DNA from: Balanoglossus misakiensis
Taxonomy: Eukaryota > Animalia > Hemichordata
Direction of reading: 5' to 3'
DNA length: 64,000 nt
Assembly: GCA_040954595.2 (NCBI GenBank)
Contig: CM082590.2
Location: 8,991,764-9,055,763, forward strand
The position numbers and the translations under genes were made by a program. The notes beneath the pieces are model-generated. The model saw nothing but the letters and a program-made list of their open reading frames with translations, had not been told where the DNA came from and did not search any database. Shown here in pieces: positions 24,401 to 37,412 of this stretch. How positions within the stretch are numbered: the stretch's first letter is position 1; each line of letters opens with the position of its first letter.

Positions 24401-27400
24401 GTACAGTCAAACCTGTGTTAGTGGCCACCTCTATATAGTGGCCACTTTGTTACAGTCCCTATGCAATTTACATGTACAGTCAAACCTGTGTTAGTGGCCA
24501 CCTCTATATAGTGGCCACTTTGTTACAGTCCCTGTCCCTTTATAGATACAGACCTATCTGTAAAGGCCACCTGTCTATAAAGGCCAGTTTGGGAAAGTCT
24601 CTTGACTGGCCACTAATATACAGGTTCAACTGTATACAGTCATTTCTCATTTACTGTACATATGAATATATATGGTTGAAAAGTGCCTGTCTTAGCATTT
24701 TCTATGACAGTGCTTTTAAGTCGGATATATATGAATGTTTTATTGGCCTATCTATTAATATCTATGCAAATAAAACACGTGTCTGCTTTAGCTAAAATAT
24801 TAAAGATGACAGTACACAAAAAAGATATGCCATTATTTTGTGTATTGATAACCACTGAAGCAGAACAGAACCTCAATGAAATTGGATTATTCTAGCATAT
24901 GGTCTGGGTTTCATTATTCATGAATAAGCAGTCAATGAAAACCAATTTTATCATTTCATTTGTTCAATTGATCAATTATGGAGAAATTAATTAGGCGTGT
25001 TTGCTATGAATAAGAGAATTATGGAAATATATTGGCCATATAAAATGTAACGTTGATTTCGACTAGAGTCTCACAGCCCAAAACCTGGGATAACATTTCT
25101 CACGAAAGTAATGATGACAACAATACTAAAGTTTCAGAATACGAACTTGATTTTGTCTAATGTTTATTGCAGCAATAAACACTTGGAGAGGATGTTTCAA
25201 CATTGTACAGTACTACAGTTCAAATATCTGCAAAGATGTCGTTTACAAGCATATAGTAATATCAGATGATTTTCTGTGGAACAGTTTGTTAAAACTATTA
25301 ATTTAAATGATATATGATGCAAGACAGGATGTTTTCAACATGAGTCTGACCTCATATTGGGACAGGTCACCGTGTTTGACAAATGATAGTCTCACCACAG
25401 TATCAACTATCGTGTTTTAGACAAACTGAACTGATGTGAAACTACCCCTGTGACAGATACGAGAAAACACAGATGCTACAGTTAATAGATATCAGAATCT
25501 GATTCACACGTTTTCGTTCCGTGCCAAAACAGCATACACTATGATTCAAGAGATAAATGCATAAAACTATTATTTTTAGCGACATTATGTTTCTGTGTGT
25601 AATGTTTAACCCTTTCACCACCATGGTTCAGTCCAAACCCATTGTTTTCTATGGTAAGGTTGGACCTCTATAGAGGGAACTGGGGGTGAAAGGGTTAACA
25701 TAGTTATGCCCTTGACATACATGTATTTACTGAGGTCATGAGTTAGGTTAAACTGGCTCTTTTTTGACGTTTATATCAGCTGTTAATTTATATGTGTGTT
25801 TCATACTTCCTTATAGATGTTAGATGTGTTTGATGTGGTGAAGTTCGATAATCCGGATGGTGGGTCTTGGAAACAGGGATTTGACATCACGTACAATGCA
25901 CAACAATGGGAGAGGGAACCTCTACAGGTGTTTGTGGTGCCCCATTCACATAACGACCCGGGTAAGTCGGTTTAACCCCTTCACTGCCATGGTTTGGTCC
26001 AATTCCATTGTTTTCTGTGGTGAAGTTGGACCTCTGTACAGGGAAATGGGGGGGGGGGGGGGCGGCAACAAGAAAACTCGTAGAATTTGAGTGTGTGCGA
26101 ACATATAATCCCTGATGTAGAGTTGCATATCTGTTGCTGATTTAGCCATGAAATCTGTTCAACATATGCTAGACCAATATGGTTCTATATCTTTAGACAT
26201 ATGCTTTTGTCTACAGGATATGGATAGAAAAATATTTATAGAGCATGTGTTTTCAGTTACACGTTGCAGCATAACTGAATATTGTAGACATTTGAAATAA
26301 TACTACACTGATTTCTATCAATACAAAGCACTTTCAAATCTGTAGAATAAATAATTCTAAAACGGAACAGATCGCACTGAACAAACTGTACATGCTTGTT
26401 TTCTTTAACCCTTTCACCACAATGGTTCACTCCAAATCTATTATTTTCTAATGTAAGTTGGACCTCTGTACAGGGAAATGGGGGTGAGAGGGTTGATTCT
26501 TCATTCTGTTTTCTGTTGCAGGCTGGATCAAGACTTTTGAAGCGTATTACAGAGATCAAACGCAACATATCTTAAACAACGCTGTTATTAAATTATTAGA
26601 AGACAAAAAGAGAAAATTTATATGGGCTGAGATTTCCTATTTTTCAAGATGGTGGGAGAGTATAGACATGGGGAAGAAGAAGCAGGTTATAGAGTAAGTT
26701 CAGATTTTCCTCTTTCCCACCATGGTTTAGTCCAAACCCATTGTTTTATATGGTGAAGTTGGACCTCTATACAGGGAAATAGGGGTATGTTGTTTGAAAG
26801 TAACACATCTTTGTTTCTTTCGTAGTTTGATATCGCGCGGACAGCTGGAGATTGTGTCTGGTGGTTGGGTGATGCCTGATGAGGCCAACACTCACTACTA
26901 TGCGATGTTAGACCAGATGATTGAGGGCCATACTTGGCTGGATGCTCATCTCGGTAAGTTGGATCACACGTTGTTATTCAAACCGTCATCTAACAGGCGA
27001 GAGATCCCGATTATAGGATTAGGTACCCACCACCCCTTGGTACGGGAGAAGCAATGATAAGGAAAGTGCCTTGCTCAAGGACACAACTTCGCGGTCACAT
27101 CTTGGTCCGAGTCTCGAAACAACAATCCTCTGATTATGAGCTCTTTACATTTGCTCATATGACACACCACTGACTCAACAACTTCACTGGTGACTCACGA
27201 AATTATCCACACAACATGCAAAGGTACATGTATAGGGCTGATTCAGAGAAATACACAGATCAAAGAATTCTACCGCCTAATTTTGCTGTAGAAGTGTAAC
27301 AACTTCATCACATAACAGCTATACTCTGTCTCGTCCCCACAGGAGTCAAACCCAAAAGTGGATGGGCCATAGATCCGTTCGGTCACTCACCAACCATGGC

Positions 27401-30400
27401 GTATCTCTCAGAAAGGACCGGCATCAACGCAATGCTGATACAGCGAGTACATTACTCCATCAAGAAATACCTGGCCAGTGTGAAGAAGCTTGAATTTATG
27501 TGGAGACAAAATTGGGGTGAGTAGTAAAATGCGGACTCGTGGTTTATCGAGAAGTATGGCGTCCTTTTGTGTGATCATATGCTCTGGGTTCTTGACTTGA
27601 GTGCTGGCTACTCATTAATATTCATGAATATTAATATGCATACTCATTAATATTCATGTGTATTTTATGCATACTCATTAATTAATCTTCATGTCAGTGG
27701 CAAGTCATACCCATTCATCAATGTATCAACATGAAACAGTAGACTCGTTTGAGTACACAAGAATGCCTGCTGGCAGACTTTGTTTGCTAGCTTTTTCACT
27801 TAAAGGTATATGGTCACCTATAGAAACTTATCTATAGTTACCATGGCAAATTAAGATCTAGCCAATCACAGATTTTCAGTAGGTGGCACACGCTAAAAAA
27901 AGAGCGCCACCATATGTTCTTTAGAACCCTCAAATACGCCATTTCAGACAAATATGGGCATATGTGAATTGGAGGTGACTGTATACCTTTAAGTTCTGGT
28001 CTGGCCGAACAGCGTGGGCAGAATACTGTATGCTGGGCACTGTTATATCCATACTGTCAATCGAAATGCTTTATCAATTCTGTCGATAACTTTTATGATC
28101 CCCCTACTCATTATTCACACAGATCATGGCTCCAGCACAGATATGTTCACCCACTTGATGCCGTTCTATAGTTACGACGTCCCCCACACATGCGGACCCG
28201 ACCCAAAGATATGCTGTCAATATGACTTCAAGCGTTTGCCCGGAGGGAGGGTGTCATGTCCCTGGAAGCTCCCTCCAGTTCCCATCACGGATACAAATGT
28301 AGCTAGCAAGTAAGTATGGAACAGGTTACTGTAGCTAGGCTGCAGTTAACAAACACTAACATCATATGTTCTTTGAAAAGAACCCGTTTTATAACAGGCT
28401 TTCTCAACTTGCTACATCTGCATACGATTTCTTTTTTTATAAATCTAAGTCTTTTTTGTTATTTTTCTCTTCACAGGGCAGAAGTTTTACTAGATCAATA
28501 CAGGAAGAAATCACAACTCTACAAAACTAACGTCCTACTGGTTCCCCTTGGCGATGATTTCAGATATGATAAAATTATCGAATGGGATCAGCAGTTTACA
28601 AATTATGGAAAATTATTCGATTATATGAATTCACATCCACATTTGAATGTAAAGGTGAGATATCTAACCGTATCATCAGTGTATCTAGGGCAATAGTGTA
28701 CAGTGAGGGCAATAGCATACACTTGTTGACTTACTGTGAGGGCAACAGCAATACTTCTATTGGCAAGGGAGTGTGGGATGGTGCATTTATTGTTGGAAGA
28801 TTAACTTACACTTTTAAGACACTAGTGCAAACATTTACTATGGTAAGAGCAATAACATACTCTTGTTGACTTACTGTTAGGGCGATAACATTCACTATTT
28901 GACTGGTGAGGCAACAGCATACAACTATTGACCTAGGGTGATATTCTTGTTGACTTACTGTTAGGGTGATAGCATTCACTATTTGACTGGTGAGGCAACA
29001 GCATACAACTATTGACCTAGGGTGATACTATACATGTAACACTACTGACAAAGGTAAAAACACATACCTGTAACTTGCTTGTCCACAGCTAAGTGCTATC
29101 TGTTTTGTTCCCAGGCCCAATTTGGAACGCTGTCGGAATATTTCGATGCAGTGTGGAAGAGCACGGGATCGGAGCTTGGACACAAACCCAACGGTTTTCC
29201 GGCGCTGAGCGGCGACTTCTTCACCTATTCCGACCGGGAAGATCACTACTGGAGCGGGTACTACACGACCAGGCCGTTCTACAAAAACATGGACAGGGTT
29301 CTTGAGGCAAATCTCAGGTAGGAAGTGGTGTGGAGTTTGTCTTCTGTGTGGTCAGGGTGTCTTAAATACCCACATGGATCTCCCAGACGCAATTAACCCG
29401 TCCACCCCCAGTTCCTTCTTTAGAGGTCCAACCATACCATAGAAAACAATGGGTTTGGACTGAACCATTCTGGTGAAAGGGTTAAAATGATGGAAGATAA
29501 CTTGTGTATTTTTTCATAGATAGTTTGTCTCATTGCCGCAAATCACAGCGGTCAAGCACAATAGTCTAGGCTGAATTTTTCCGAGAATGAAAAACATTAT
29601 TTATATATTTGACTACAAAGTTTCAACAACTTGATTAATCATTTATTTTCCTCCCCTTCGAAGAGCTGCTGAGATCATATACTCCATTGCCATGGCTACA
29701 GCCAAGAGGCACATCATCCCGGGATTCAACGGACTGACGGAGATGGAGAGACTGATCAAGGCGAGGAGACAGATGGGTTTATTCCAACATCACGATGGAA
29801 TCACGGGAACCGGCAAGGATGTGGTGGTCATTGACTACGGACAGAGGTGAGATGATCACCCTTACCTGGGAATTTTCCATGAGGCTTGTTGTGGAAAATG
29901 TCTTGGGGGAGGGGGGATACACCCGGAGTTACACCCGGAAATTCCTGAAAAGTTGATCAAATAAATAACTGTAAATAAAAGCTGTTACTGGGTTTTGATT
30001 CTCGCTATATTTGCTGATTGGTAAAATCTGCTTAATTAAATCCTAGTGAAAATGTAAAATTATGTGTGAGACATCAAAATATAAGCCCTGACACTACTAT
30101 TTTAGCTGTTCTAGTATCGTATAATTTTTTATGGTATTTTTTTCAGAATGTTGGATGGTATAAATGAAGCTAAGAGGGTGATCAGAAACTCGGCTCAGTT
30201 CTTAATGATGAATGAAAAACCAAACTACAGAGAGGATACTGTATTCTTGGATCTGGTGAGTGAGATATCTCTGAAAGTGGCTATGATGTATAAATACCTG
30301 GGGTAAACCTTCCCTAACTCATGCTCAAACCACATCACAGCTGTCTATTGTATTTACAGCCCCTTGTGCTTACACACATGGTCTAAATACCAATTTTGGA

Positions 30401-33400
30401 TTTTGGTGTATTTGTCGCATGTATTTTAACCCTTTGACCCCCACTTCCCTCTATAGTGGTCCAACCTTACAATAAAAGACACTGGTTTTGGACTAAACCA
30501 TGTTGGTGAAAGGGTCAATAAAAACCTTTTCTCTGTCTGTTTTTGACAGGATGAAAAGAGAGCTGGTCATGACGCTTTACCAGAGAAAACTGTTATCGCT
30601 CTCAGTGAAAAACCGACGTAAGTTGACATTAAATTTAGACAAGTCATTTTGTTTGATTTTTCCCTAAAATCTTGACACCATAGGGACTGAGAATATTGTT
30701 CGGTTTACAGAGGTGTCTGGTGTATTGAGGTTCTTTTAACATGTGGTTAAATGTGAGGGGGACTGGACAGTGTGTTCGGTATAGACAGGTTTCCAGATTA
30801 GACAGGGTTCGGGTTAGGCAGGTTTTACTGTATAGAACTTTTTTTACTGCAGGAAAGTTGTCATCTATAACTCAGGTGTAACCACGTTGACGCATATGCA
30901 ATGTTAGATGTACGTGTAATTACGTGTGTAAATCTAGCAACTGACGAGTCGTTTTTCCGACTGTAGGAAAGTTGTCATCTATAACTCACTGGGACAAGAA
31001 AGACAAGAGATGGTGACTCTCCTGGTGTCAAGTTCCAATGTGGAAGTAATGGACTGGCAAGGCAATATCGTGACCAGTCAGTCTAATCTAGTGTGGACGT
31101 CCGCACAGACTCCAACTGAAGCATTCTTTGAGGTGAGCTCATCTGGGGGCACTTTCGATTGGCCCAATCATTATTGCAATTGGCCAATCACAATCATGAT
31201 TTCGCGTTTGAATGCGCCCAATAAGAATCACAATAATCTTGGGCGTGATTGCGGTGATTACAAGATCTTAGGGAAGGCACATGGTGCAATTGTGTTCAGA
31301 AAAAGTACTGTGTGTTTCAAAAGATTTCTCTCAAATTGGCCATTATTGTCCCTTGATCACAGATAATTCACATTATTACACACACACACTCCTAGTTGTT
31401 CAGGCTACCCATTGCTAAGTGACTGAAATTACAACAGTGAATGTATACCTTTAACATTTGCGTTCGACTCAGTAAAAGTGCTGTAAATAGTACCGTATTA
31501 ATTAAACATACCTTTGTTTTGTCCTCTTGTCGTCTGAAGCTGTTATTTGTAGCTGAACTACCAGGACTTGGGCTGAGGACGTACTCCATCAGAGACCTAG
31601 GGAAACACGAGTCCCCAGAACACTCACAATCCAGAGTGACCATCTTGAATGCTGGTGAACAAGACACACTTGTCAAGTAGGTATATCCCAGCAAGGCATC
31701 TTATTTGCTCAACCTAGGGAGGAGGCACTCCTAGCATACCTGTAACGATTAAGGAATTTTGTAACACGTTATTTCAACTTCATGGTAGCTGATACAGACT
31801 TTTGTAAAATATATACAATCTCAATGGTACCCTAGGGTACTGAGCATAAAGTCATGTGTGCTAATCAAGTTCATTATGAGTCAGATATTGAATGAAGAAA
31901 AATGGCTATAAAGGGAGCGATGTAGAGTACACTAGTCTATATCTGCTGACCTCTTGTGTCTTACGTGATAAGGATACCAGGCCCCCTATCTAACAATACT
32001 TTGTCGTCTTCTACAGAGGATCATTCCATGTATTCAGAGAATCTAATCCATATGGGGACTTCACAGTAGAAAATGCTTTCCTCACTGCAGAATTCACAGG
32101 TTCCAATGGACTACTCAAGGTACATATACATAAACTTACCAGTGTATCCCTGTCATCGCTGAGGTCAACTTGTCGTCATTTTTCACAAAATTAAACTTCG
32201 TAACTTTTTCGGCATTTGTTTCCAAATTTTAATTCAGACTTGTAGATGATGGAATATTATGTCCACTTGGTCTAAAATTAAGACACAAAAGAGGAGATAT
32301 ATGCATAAAAGTACGAAAATATTGTAGCAACATTTTTAAAACATGGTTGATAACAACTACATATATACAGGCTGAGTTGACAAGTGGAGTAATGGACATT
32401 TCATTGTGCCATAGAGAACAGAACAAGAAATGAGTTTATATACTGAAAGTGAAAGAAACTGCCAAGAATCAAGGATTTTTCATCAACAGTATCTAACCGC
32501 CACAAATCTTATTCATTTTGTCTCTGTATATGCAGTCTCTTACAACCAAATCCGATGGCAAGAAGACAGCCGTATCAATCGACTTTGTCATGTACGGAAC
32601 CAGAACAACCAAGGATAAAAGTGGTGCTTATTTGTTTCTGCCTGACGGAGAAGCCAAGGTAAGAATCAAAAAAAGAGAAATATTATCTGAAGAACAAACA
32701 GTCTGAAATATGTACTACACAAAGATATGTTTCCGTTGTACATCAAATGTATGGAAATACAAAATCCTTCCATCTATCTTTCTTTCTTTTTCGTTGACTG
32801 ACTTTCTTTCTTAGATTCTACAATAATAAATGACCAAACAATCATTCCTTTTCTTTCCCAGACAATCACGCAAGGATTGAAGCCAGTAGTCAGACTCATT
32901 AGGGGCCGTCTTTCATCAGAAGTCCATGTTTTATACGACCATGTGTTCCATTGTGTCCGGTTAGCGAAATCGCCAGGTATGTGTGAGAGATGTGGGTGAA
33001 CAGTCTCCTGACCACCCCTCTAATTCGAATGTTGTGGCCTGACTGGGAACAGTCAGTGCTGTAGTTCAGGTTTGGTCCACTTGTGGCAAGGGTGGAAAGG
33101 TCAGTTTTGCATGAATTTTGTCCTTACTTCAGCTTATGCACATAGAATCTGAATGTTTGAGATTGGGGCACCTATAGTAACTCACACGCACCTATAGTAA
33201 CTCACACACAAATTAGTCCAGATATAAACTTGAAAAACCACCCAGAAATGAATATTGACCACAAAAGGTTATAGCACTTACTTCTATCAGGAAATATTTC
33301 TAATCAACTGATTTTTTATGTCTCTTGCAGGAGCTGATGGAACAGCTGTAGAAATATCCAACATTGTCGACATCAGAAGTCTGAAAAATAAAGAATTTGT

Positions 33401-35415
33401 GATGAGAATAAACACAGACATTCAAAACAGCGACAAATCATTTTATACAGATCTCAACGGTTTCCAAGTAAATAAACAATTATTATAACATCACATACAA
33501 AAAAAAATTTAAGTATTATTCTTTGATATGAATCCTCAGTGGTTCTTGCAAAATGTTTATTTTATATTTATCCATATATACTATGTCAGATTTATTTTAA
33601 TTTTTTCTTGTCTATGATTTGTGAATCTTCAGATCCAAAGACGACAGACATTATCCAAACTACCACTACAAGCAAATGTATATCCAATGCCTACAATGTC
33701 ATACATACAAGACCAGACGTCAAGATTTACATTACATACAGCACAGTCACTTGGTGTAGCTAGTTTGCAAGTTGGTAAGTCATTTTATCAAAATAGCATT
33801 TGTGGTGCATAGAGCTCAGCTACTTTGTGTAACTAGCTTGCAAGTTGGTAAGTCATTTTATCAAAATAGCATTTGTGGTGCATAGAGCTCAGCTGCTTTG
33901 TGTAGCTAGCTTGCAAGTTGGCAAATCAAATAAATTATCAAAATAGCTTTACTCAGTAAAGATTGTCACTTACCACCATTGTCTTGTTTTGTGTGAAGAA
34001 CGATTTGCTTTCCGTAACAAACTCGTATGGAAACTTGTTTTGTTATAACGTGGTACCAGTGTGAAGTCGCATATTCTGATATTAAAATGCCACATTTTTC
34101 TTTCATTCTTCCTTCCTTCCTCCGTGTTTAGGTTGGTTGGACGTATTCCTGGACAGAAAACTAGAACAAGATGATAACAGAGGTTTACAGCAAGGAGTTA
34201 AAGACAATAAGAGAACACCAAATGTATTCAGACTTCTACTTGAAAGAAGAAATGCAGATGCTGAAAAAACAGTAAGTCAAAAGATCATTGTGTATAAAGG
34301 GAAAATAACAACAGAATTCTTGTATGAAATTTATACTTGAAAAGATGGATCATATTTTAACTTATCTGTCTTAACCCAGTATTAAGTATGCAAATGTGAT
34401 CACATGATCATCCTTGACCAATCCGAGGGAGCTAATACCCCAGAGCCATGAATACTAATGAGTTTGTTTCCTTATTTGGCAGACGTCAACACTTCCCACG
34501 GGATACCCCTCGCTCCTCAGTAACACAGTAAGCCAGACACTCAACCATCCGCTCATAACGCTACCAACGGTGACTGACGCGGACATCGTCAACGAATTTA
34601 AACCGTTAACGCAGGATCTGTCGTGCGACCTACACGTGCTGAATCTACGATATCTGCACGATATGAGGGAAGGAGAGTCCGTGCCTGGAGAGGGCGCTCT
34701 TTTATTGCTGCATCGTCAAGGATTCGATTGTAAATATCCAGCAACAACTCTGACGTGTTCAACGAATCAGGGACAAGTAAGTCTACATTTAAATGGACAG
34801 TCTCTCTCTCGCTGCCCTTTTTCCATTACTAATGTTTGACACAAGACACTGTTTGTGTTAATGTATATGTGGATATATAGGTAATCAACGTTCAACCACA
34901 CATCTTCCATCCCGCTTGTAGACACGAGAGTGAAAAAGCTTGCCAAAATGAATAATTGGTCTCTACCATTTTGGCATGATTTTTACTCTCATATTCTACA
35001 AACGGGATGGAAGTTGTGTGTGGTCGAACATTGATTCACTACATCTCACATGTAGAATAACATCAACAGTGTCACGTATCAAACAATTAATGGAAAAAGG
35101 GCAGCAAGAGAGAGACTGTCCCTTTAACCCTTTCACAACTATGGTCCAGGCCAAACCCATTGTTTTCTATGGTAAGGCTGCAATTTTCTTCTGCTCGATT
35201 CAGTATTTTCTTCAGTGTCAATAAAATTTATGCTTTGTATTCTTTGTATATTGCAGGTGACTCTAGGAGAATTATTTACAGATGTAAATATTCAAATTGA
35301 AGAAGCAACAGCGACGACGTTAACAATGATGTACGAGAAGGGAAAAATTGAACTGCCTAGTGCACTTTATATAGAACCGATGGAAATCAAAGCATATAAA
35401 CTACGGTTCCACTAG
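21427..35415 (+). CDS. MAN2A1: Golgi alpha-mannosidase II (GH38), about 1166 aa, 22 exons
   Basis: Exons 21427-21567 (signal anchor [22 protein letters not shown]), 23701-23997, 25817-25961 ([20 protein letters not shown]), 26522-26693, 26826-26953 ([10 protein letters not shown]), 27343-27516 ([10 protein letters not shown], nucleophile), 28123-28309 ([19 protein letters not shown]), 28477-28654 (PLGDDFRY), 29115-29317 ([14 protein letters not shown]), 29664-29846 ([10 protein letters not shown]), 30147-30255, 30550-30617, 30967-31132, 31540-31676, 32017-32119, 32536-32658 ([10 protein letters not shown]), 32862-32976, 33331-33467 (FYTDLNGFQ), 33633-33774 ([11 protein letters not shown]), 34132-34271 ([13 protein letters not shown]), 34483-34776, 35257-35415. 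Sum 3501 nt, in frame. The start could be the second ATG at 21451. Likely co-orthologue of vertebrate MAN2A1/MAN2A2. Confidence 0.96.
22630..22880. repeat. Diverged ~130-bp tandem duplication in MAN2A intron 1
   Basis: ctcaggagattt.gcgaaac.agatttatttcactgtc..ggtttc.atggaccaggaaaatcccggaatgct appears twice. Confidence 0.75.
24031..24634 (+). mobile_element. TA-flanked Tc1/mariner-pogo-type MITE (family B) whose left arm is amplified as 7 x 73-bp tandem units
   Basis: Units start 24031, 24104, 24177, 24250, 24323, 24396, 24469 (tacatgtacagtcaaacctgtgttagtggccacctctatatagtggccactttgttacagtccct). The last runs on to acaggttcaactgta, the inverted repeat of tacagtcaaacctgt. Confidence 0.85.
25606..25698. 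mobile_element. MITE family A, full copy (opposite orientation to 4349)
   Basis: ttaaccctttcaccaccatggttcagtccaaaccc...gggggtgaaagggttaa. Confidence 0.85.
27055..27145 (+). mobile_element. Possible SINE / L2-type LINE 3' tail fragment
   Basis: aagtgccttgctcaaggacacaac...gagtctcgaaacaacaatcctctgatt resembles the tail shared by L2-mobilised SINEs; recognition from memory only. Confidence 0.4.
27800..27992. mobile_element. TTAA-flanked ~190-bp MITE (family D, AGG...CCT ends, Kolobok-like)
   Basis: ttaaaggtatatggtcacct...aggtgactgtatacctttaa; copies at 51571-51761 and 60465-60658 in reverse orientation. Confidence 0.8.
28690..29030. repeat. Intronic tandem repeat (about 85-bp unit and degenerate subunits)
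   Basis: tcttgttgacttactgttaggg..cattcactatttgactggtgaggcaacagcatacaactattgacctagggtgata twice, plus degenerate upstream copies. Confidence 0.75.
29393..29485. mobile_element. MITE family A, full copy
   Basis: ttaacccgtccacccccagttcc...ggtgaaagggttaa. Confidence 0.8.
33755..33950 (+). repeat. ~73-bp tandem duplication spanning the MAN2A exon-19 donor
   Basis: tag(t/c)ttgcaagttg|gtaagtcattttatcaaaatagcatttgtggtgcatagagctcagct occurs twice, with a third degenerate start. Confidence 0.8.
34789..35127. mobile_element. TTAA-flanked long-TIR foldback MITE (family C, Kolobok-like ends)
   Basis: ttaaatggacagtctctctctcgctgccc...gggcagcaagagagagactgtccctttaa; arms share caaccacaca/tgtgtggtcg and ttccatccc/gggatggaa. 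Confidence 0.8.
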
Positions 35416-37272
35416 CATTGTCCGAGCAGCTTTCCCATTTAGTGAGAAATTGAAACATCTTTTTTGATAAATAGTATTTGTTTTTTAAGAAAAACATGCT
35501 GCATTGAATCATGAGAAGATTCGCAAGAAGAAATTCTTTTGTTTGGGATTCAGCCCTGATGGAAAATCCCCCGTTTATATGTGGATTGGTGATTGGTTAT
35601 AAATTTTAGAAACCGGTGTGTGATTGGTCGAGGGTCAGCTGATTCGCATCGCCTGCCCAGATTGGGGAAATGCTGTGGTCACGTGACTTCCAGGACCCAC
35701 AGCCATTGGATAGTTCGTTCTGATTAGCTGTGGATGTTACCTACAATCAGCAAGTGATTATCATGGGTGATTTTGTCATTTTGCAAATTTAATTTTGCTT
35801 TATTTCAAGATTTCAAACGGGTCAGTTAACTTGTGTGTCAGGCTTCACAGAAATTATGTGCCCCTTTGTCATGTGACTGTGAATTAGCCAATCAGATTCA
35901 CCTGTCATCTTGAATATTTTTTCTCAGTTTTATTATACAGTACTACTCTTTAAAAACTTTAGTACATCTACTTTGACAAAAAAAATAAAAATTCAGACAT
36001 CTCACTGAAAAAACAGTAGATGTTTTTGGCAGAGTAAGACTAAAATCATTCACAACATCTTTAGTTTTATGGTAATGTTTTAAATTTAAAATCTTTTCAT
36101 TTCTGTGGAAAAAACTTCCTGTGACTCTTATTTGAGGTCTGTTTGGAAATTTTATGTGCTGTTTTTCGAATATGCTTTAAAATGAGAAGAGATTTATTTC
36201 TTTACTTTTAACTATTTCGGTAAGATTGTATGAGACCATGGGATGATTTTTAAGTATCTCCCTCCCCTTTCGCTGTTCAGAGGTCCATCATTGCCATAAA
36301 GAACAGCAGAGTTGGACCAAACCACTTGGCGAAATGGGTTGTTAAGGTAGTGCACACCTCAGAGGCAGATTTCCAGAAAAAATGAAGCTCAAAGCATCCT
36401 GTTAAGACAAGTGTGTCTTTCCATACAGGGTGTGCATATTGTAAATAGTTTAAAGATACACACGTCTAGTTTAAAAAAAAAACTTAGATGGGAGGGGGGG
36501 GGTTCATGCGCCCTCTTGCAGTCGCCTGTTAAGATTCCTTTGTCTTTCTAACTGTGGTAACTCTGAAGTTGTGAAAAGCAAACTAAAATTTCCATTATGT
36601 TTTTCATCTTATTTCTTTGACCACATTAAATTGACATCTGTGTGTAACTCAAGATCGCATCAAGACTGTCGATTTTCAGCGATAGTTAGCACAAATAATC
36701 ATGTACTTTGCCTGTTATCATTTTCAGCCAAAGAAAGAAAACTCACCTCCTTCCCAATTCTGGAATCCACCATCGTGAAATTCTATCGACCATAGGGAGC
36801 CCAAACCTATTCATGTTAGTGAGAATTCCATCTCCTGATGTTGAACCTAGCCATGCCATGCTTAGGTTGTTAATTCTAGATCTCTGGAACTTGTAACCTG
36901 TGATATGCTTGATATTGTGCATGTGACAACACTATGCTGGAAATAAGTTTCAGATATGAAAAATACATGTAAATACAGAATAATACTGTCAATTCCAGGA
37001 TGGATCCTAACCTTGGTAATATTGTAACATCTAGTTTCTGTATAATGGTATAAGTGTATTTTTATATCACATTGCATATCACTGACTTGTAATATTTCAC
37101 AATACATACCTCACTTTTGACTGGCTGCTTTCCTGTACCAAGCACTATAATGGAGAATTTACAACTTTCTTAGAGATTATTGAAAATGTAAAAGCTAGGT
37201 TTGAAAATATTCTTAGGTAGTGGTATCCTTAGAATGTCAAATTTGTATTTTTGGTTATCTGCTGATGTACAT

Positions 37273-37412
37273 GTACAGTCAGACCTGTCTATAGTGGTCA
37301 GTCAAGGGACTTTCCTAAACTGGCCTTTATAGACAGGTGAATTAATGTACATGTTAATTACACAGGAACTGTAACAAAGTGGCCACTATATAGAGGTGGT
37401 CACTAACACAGG
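37273..37412 (-). mobile_element. MITE family B copy
   Basis: Reverse-complement match: gtaacaaagtggccactatatagaggtggtcactaacacagg; other end tacagtcagacctgtctatagtggtcagtcaaggg. Confidence 0.75.

Noticed and set aside
24031-24540. CRISPR-like array with palindromic repeats
   Set aside because: Units are contiguous and near-identical with no unique spacers, no cas genes, eukaryotic intron context; sequence matches a dispersed MITE arm.
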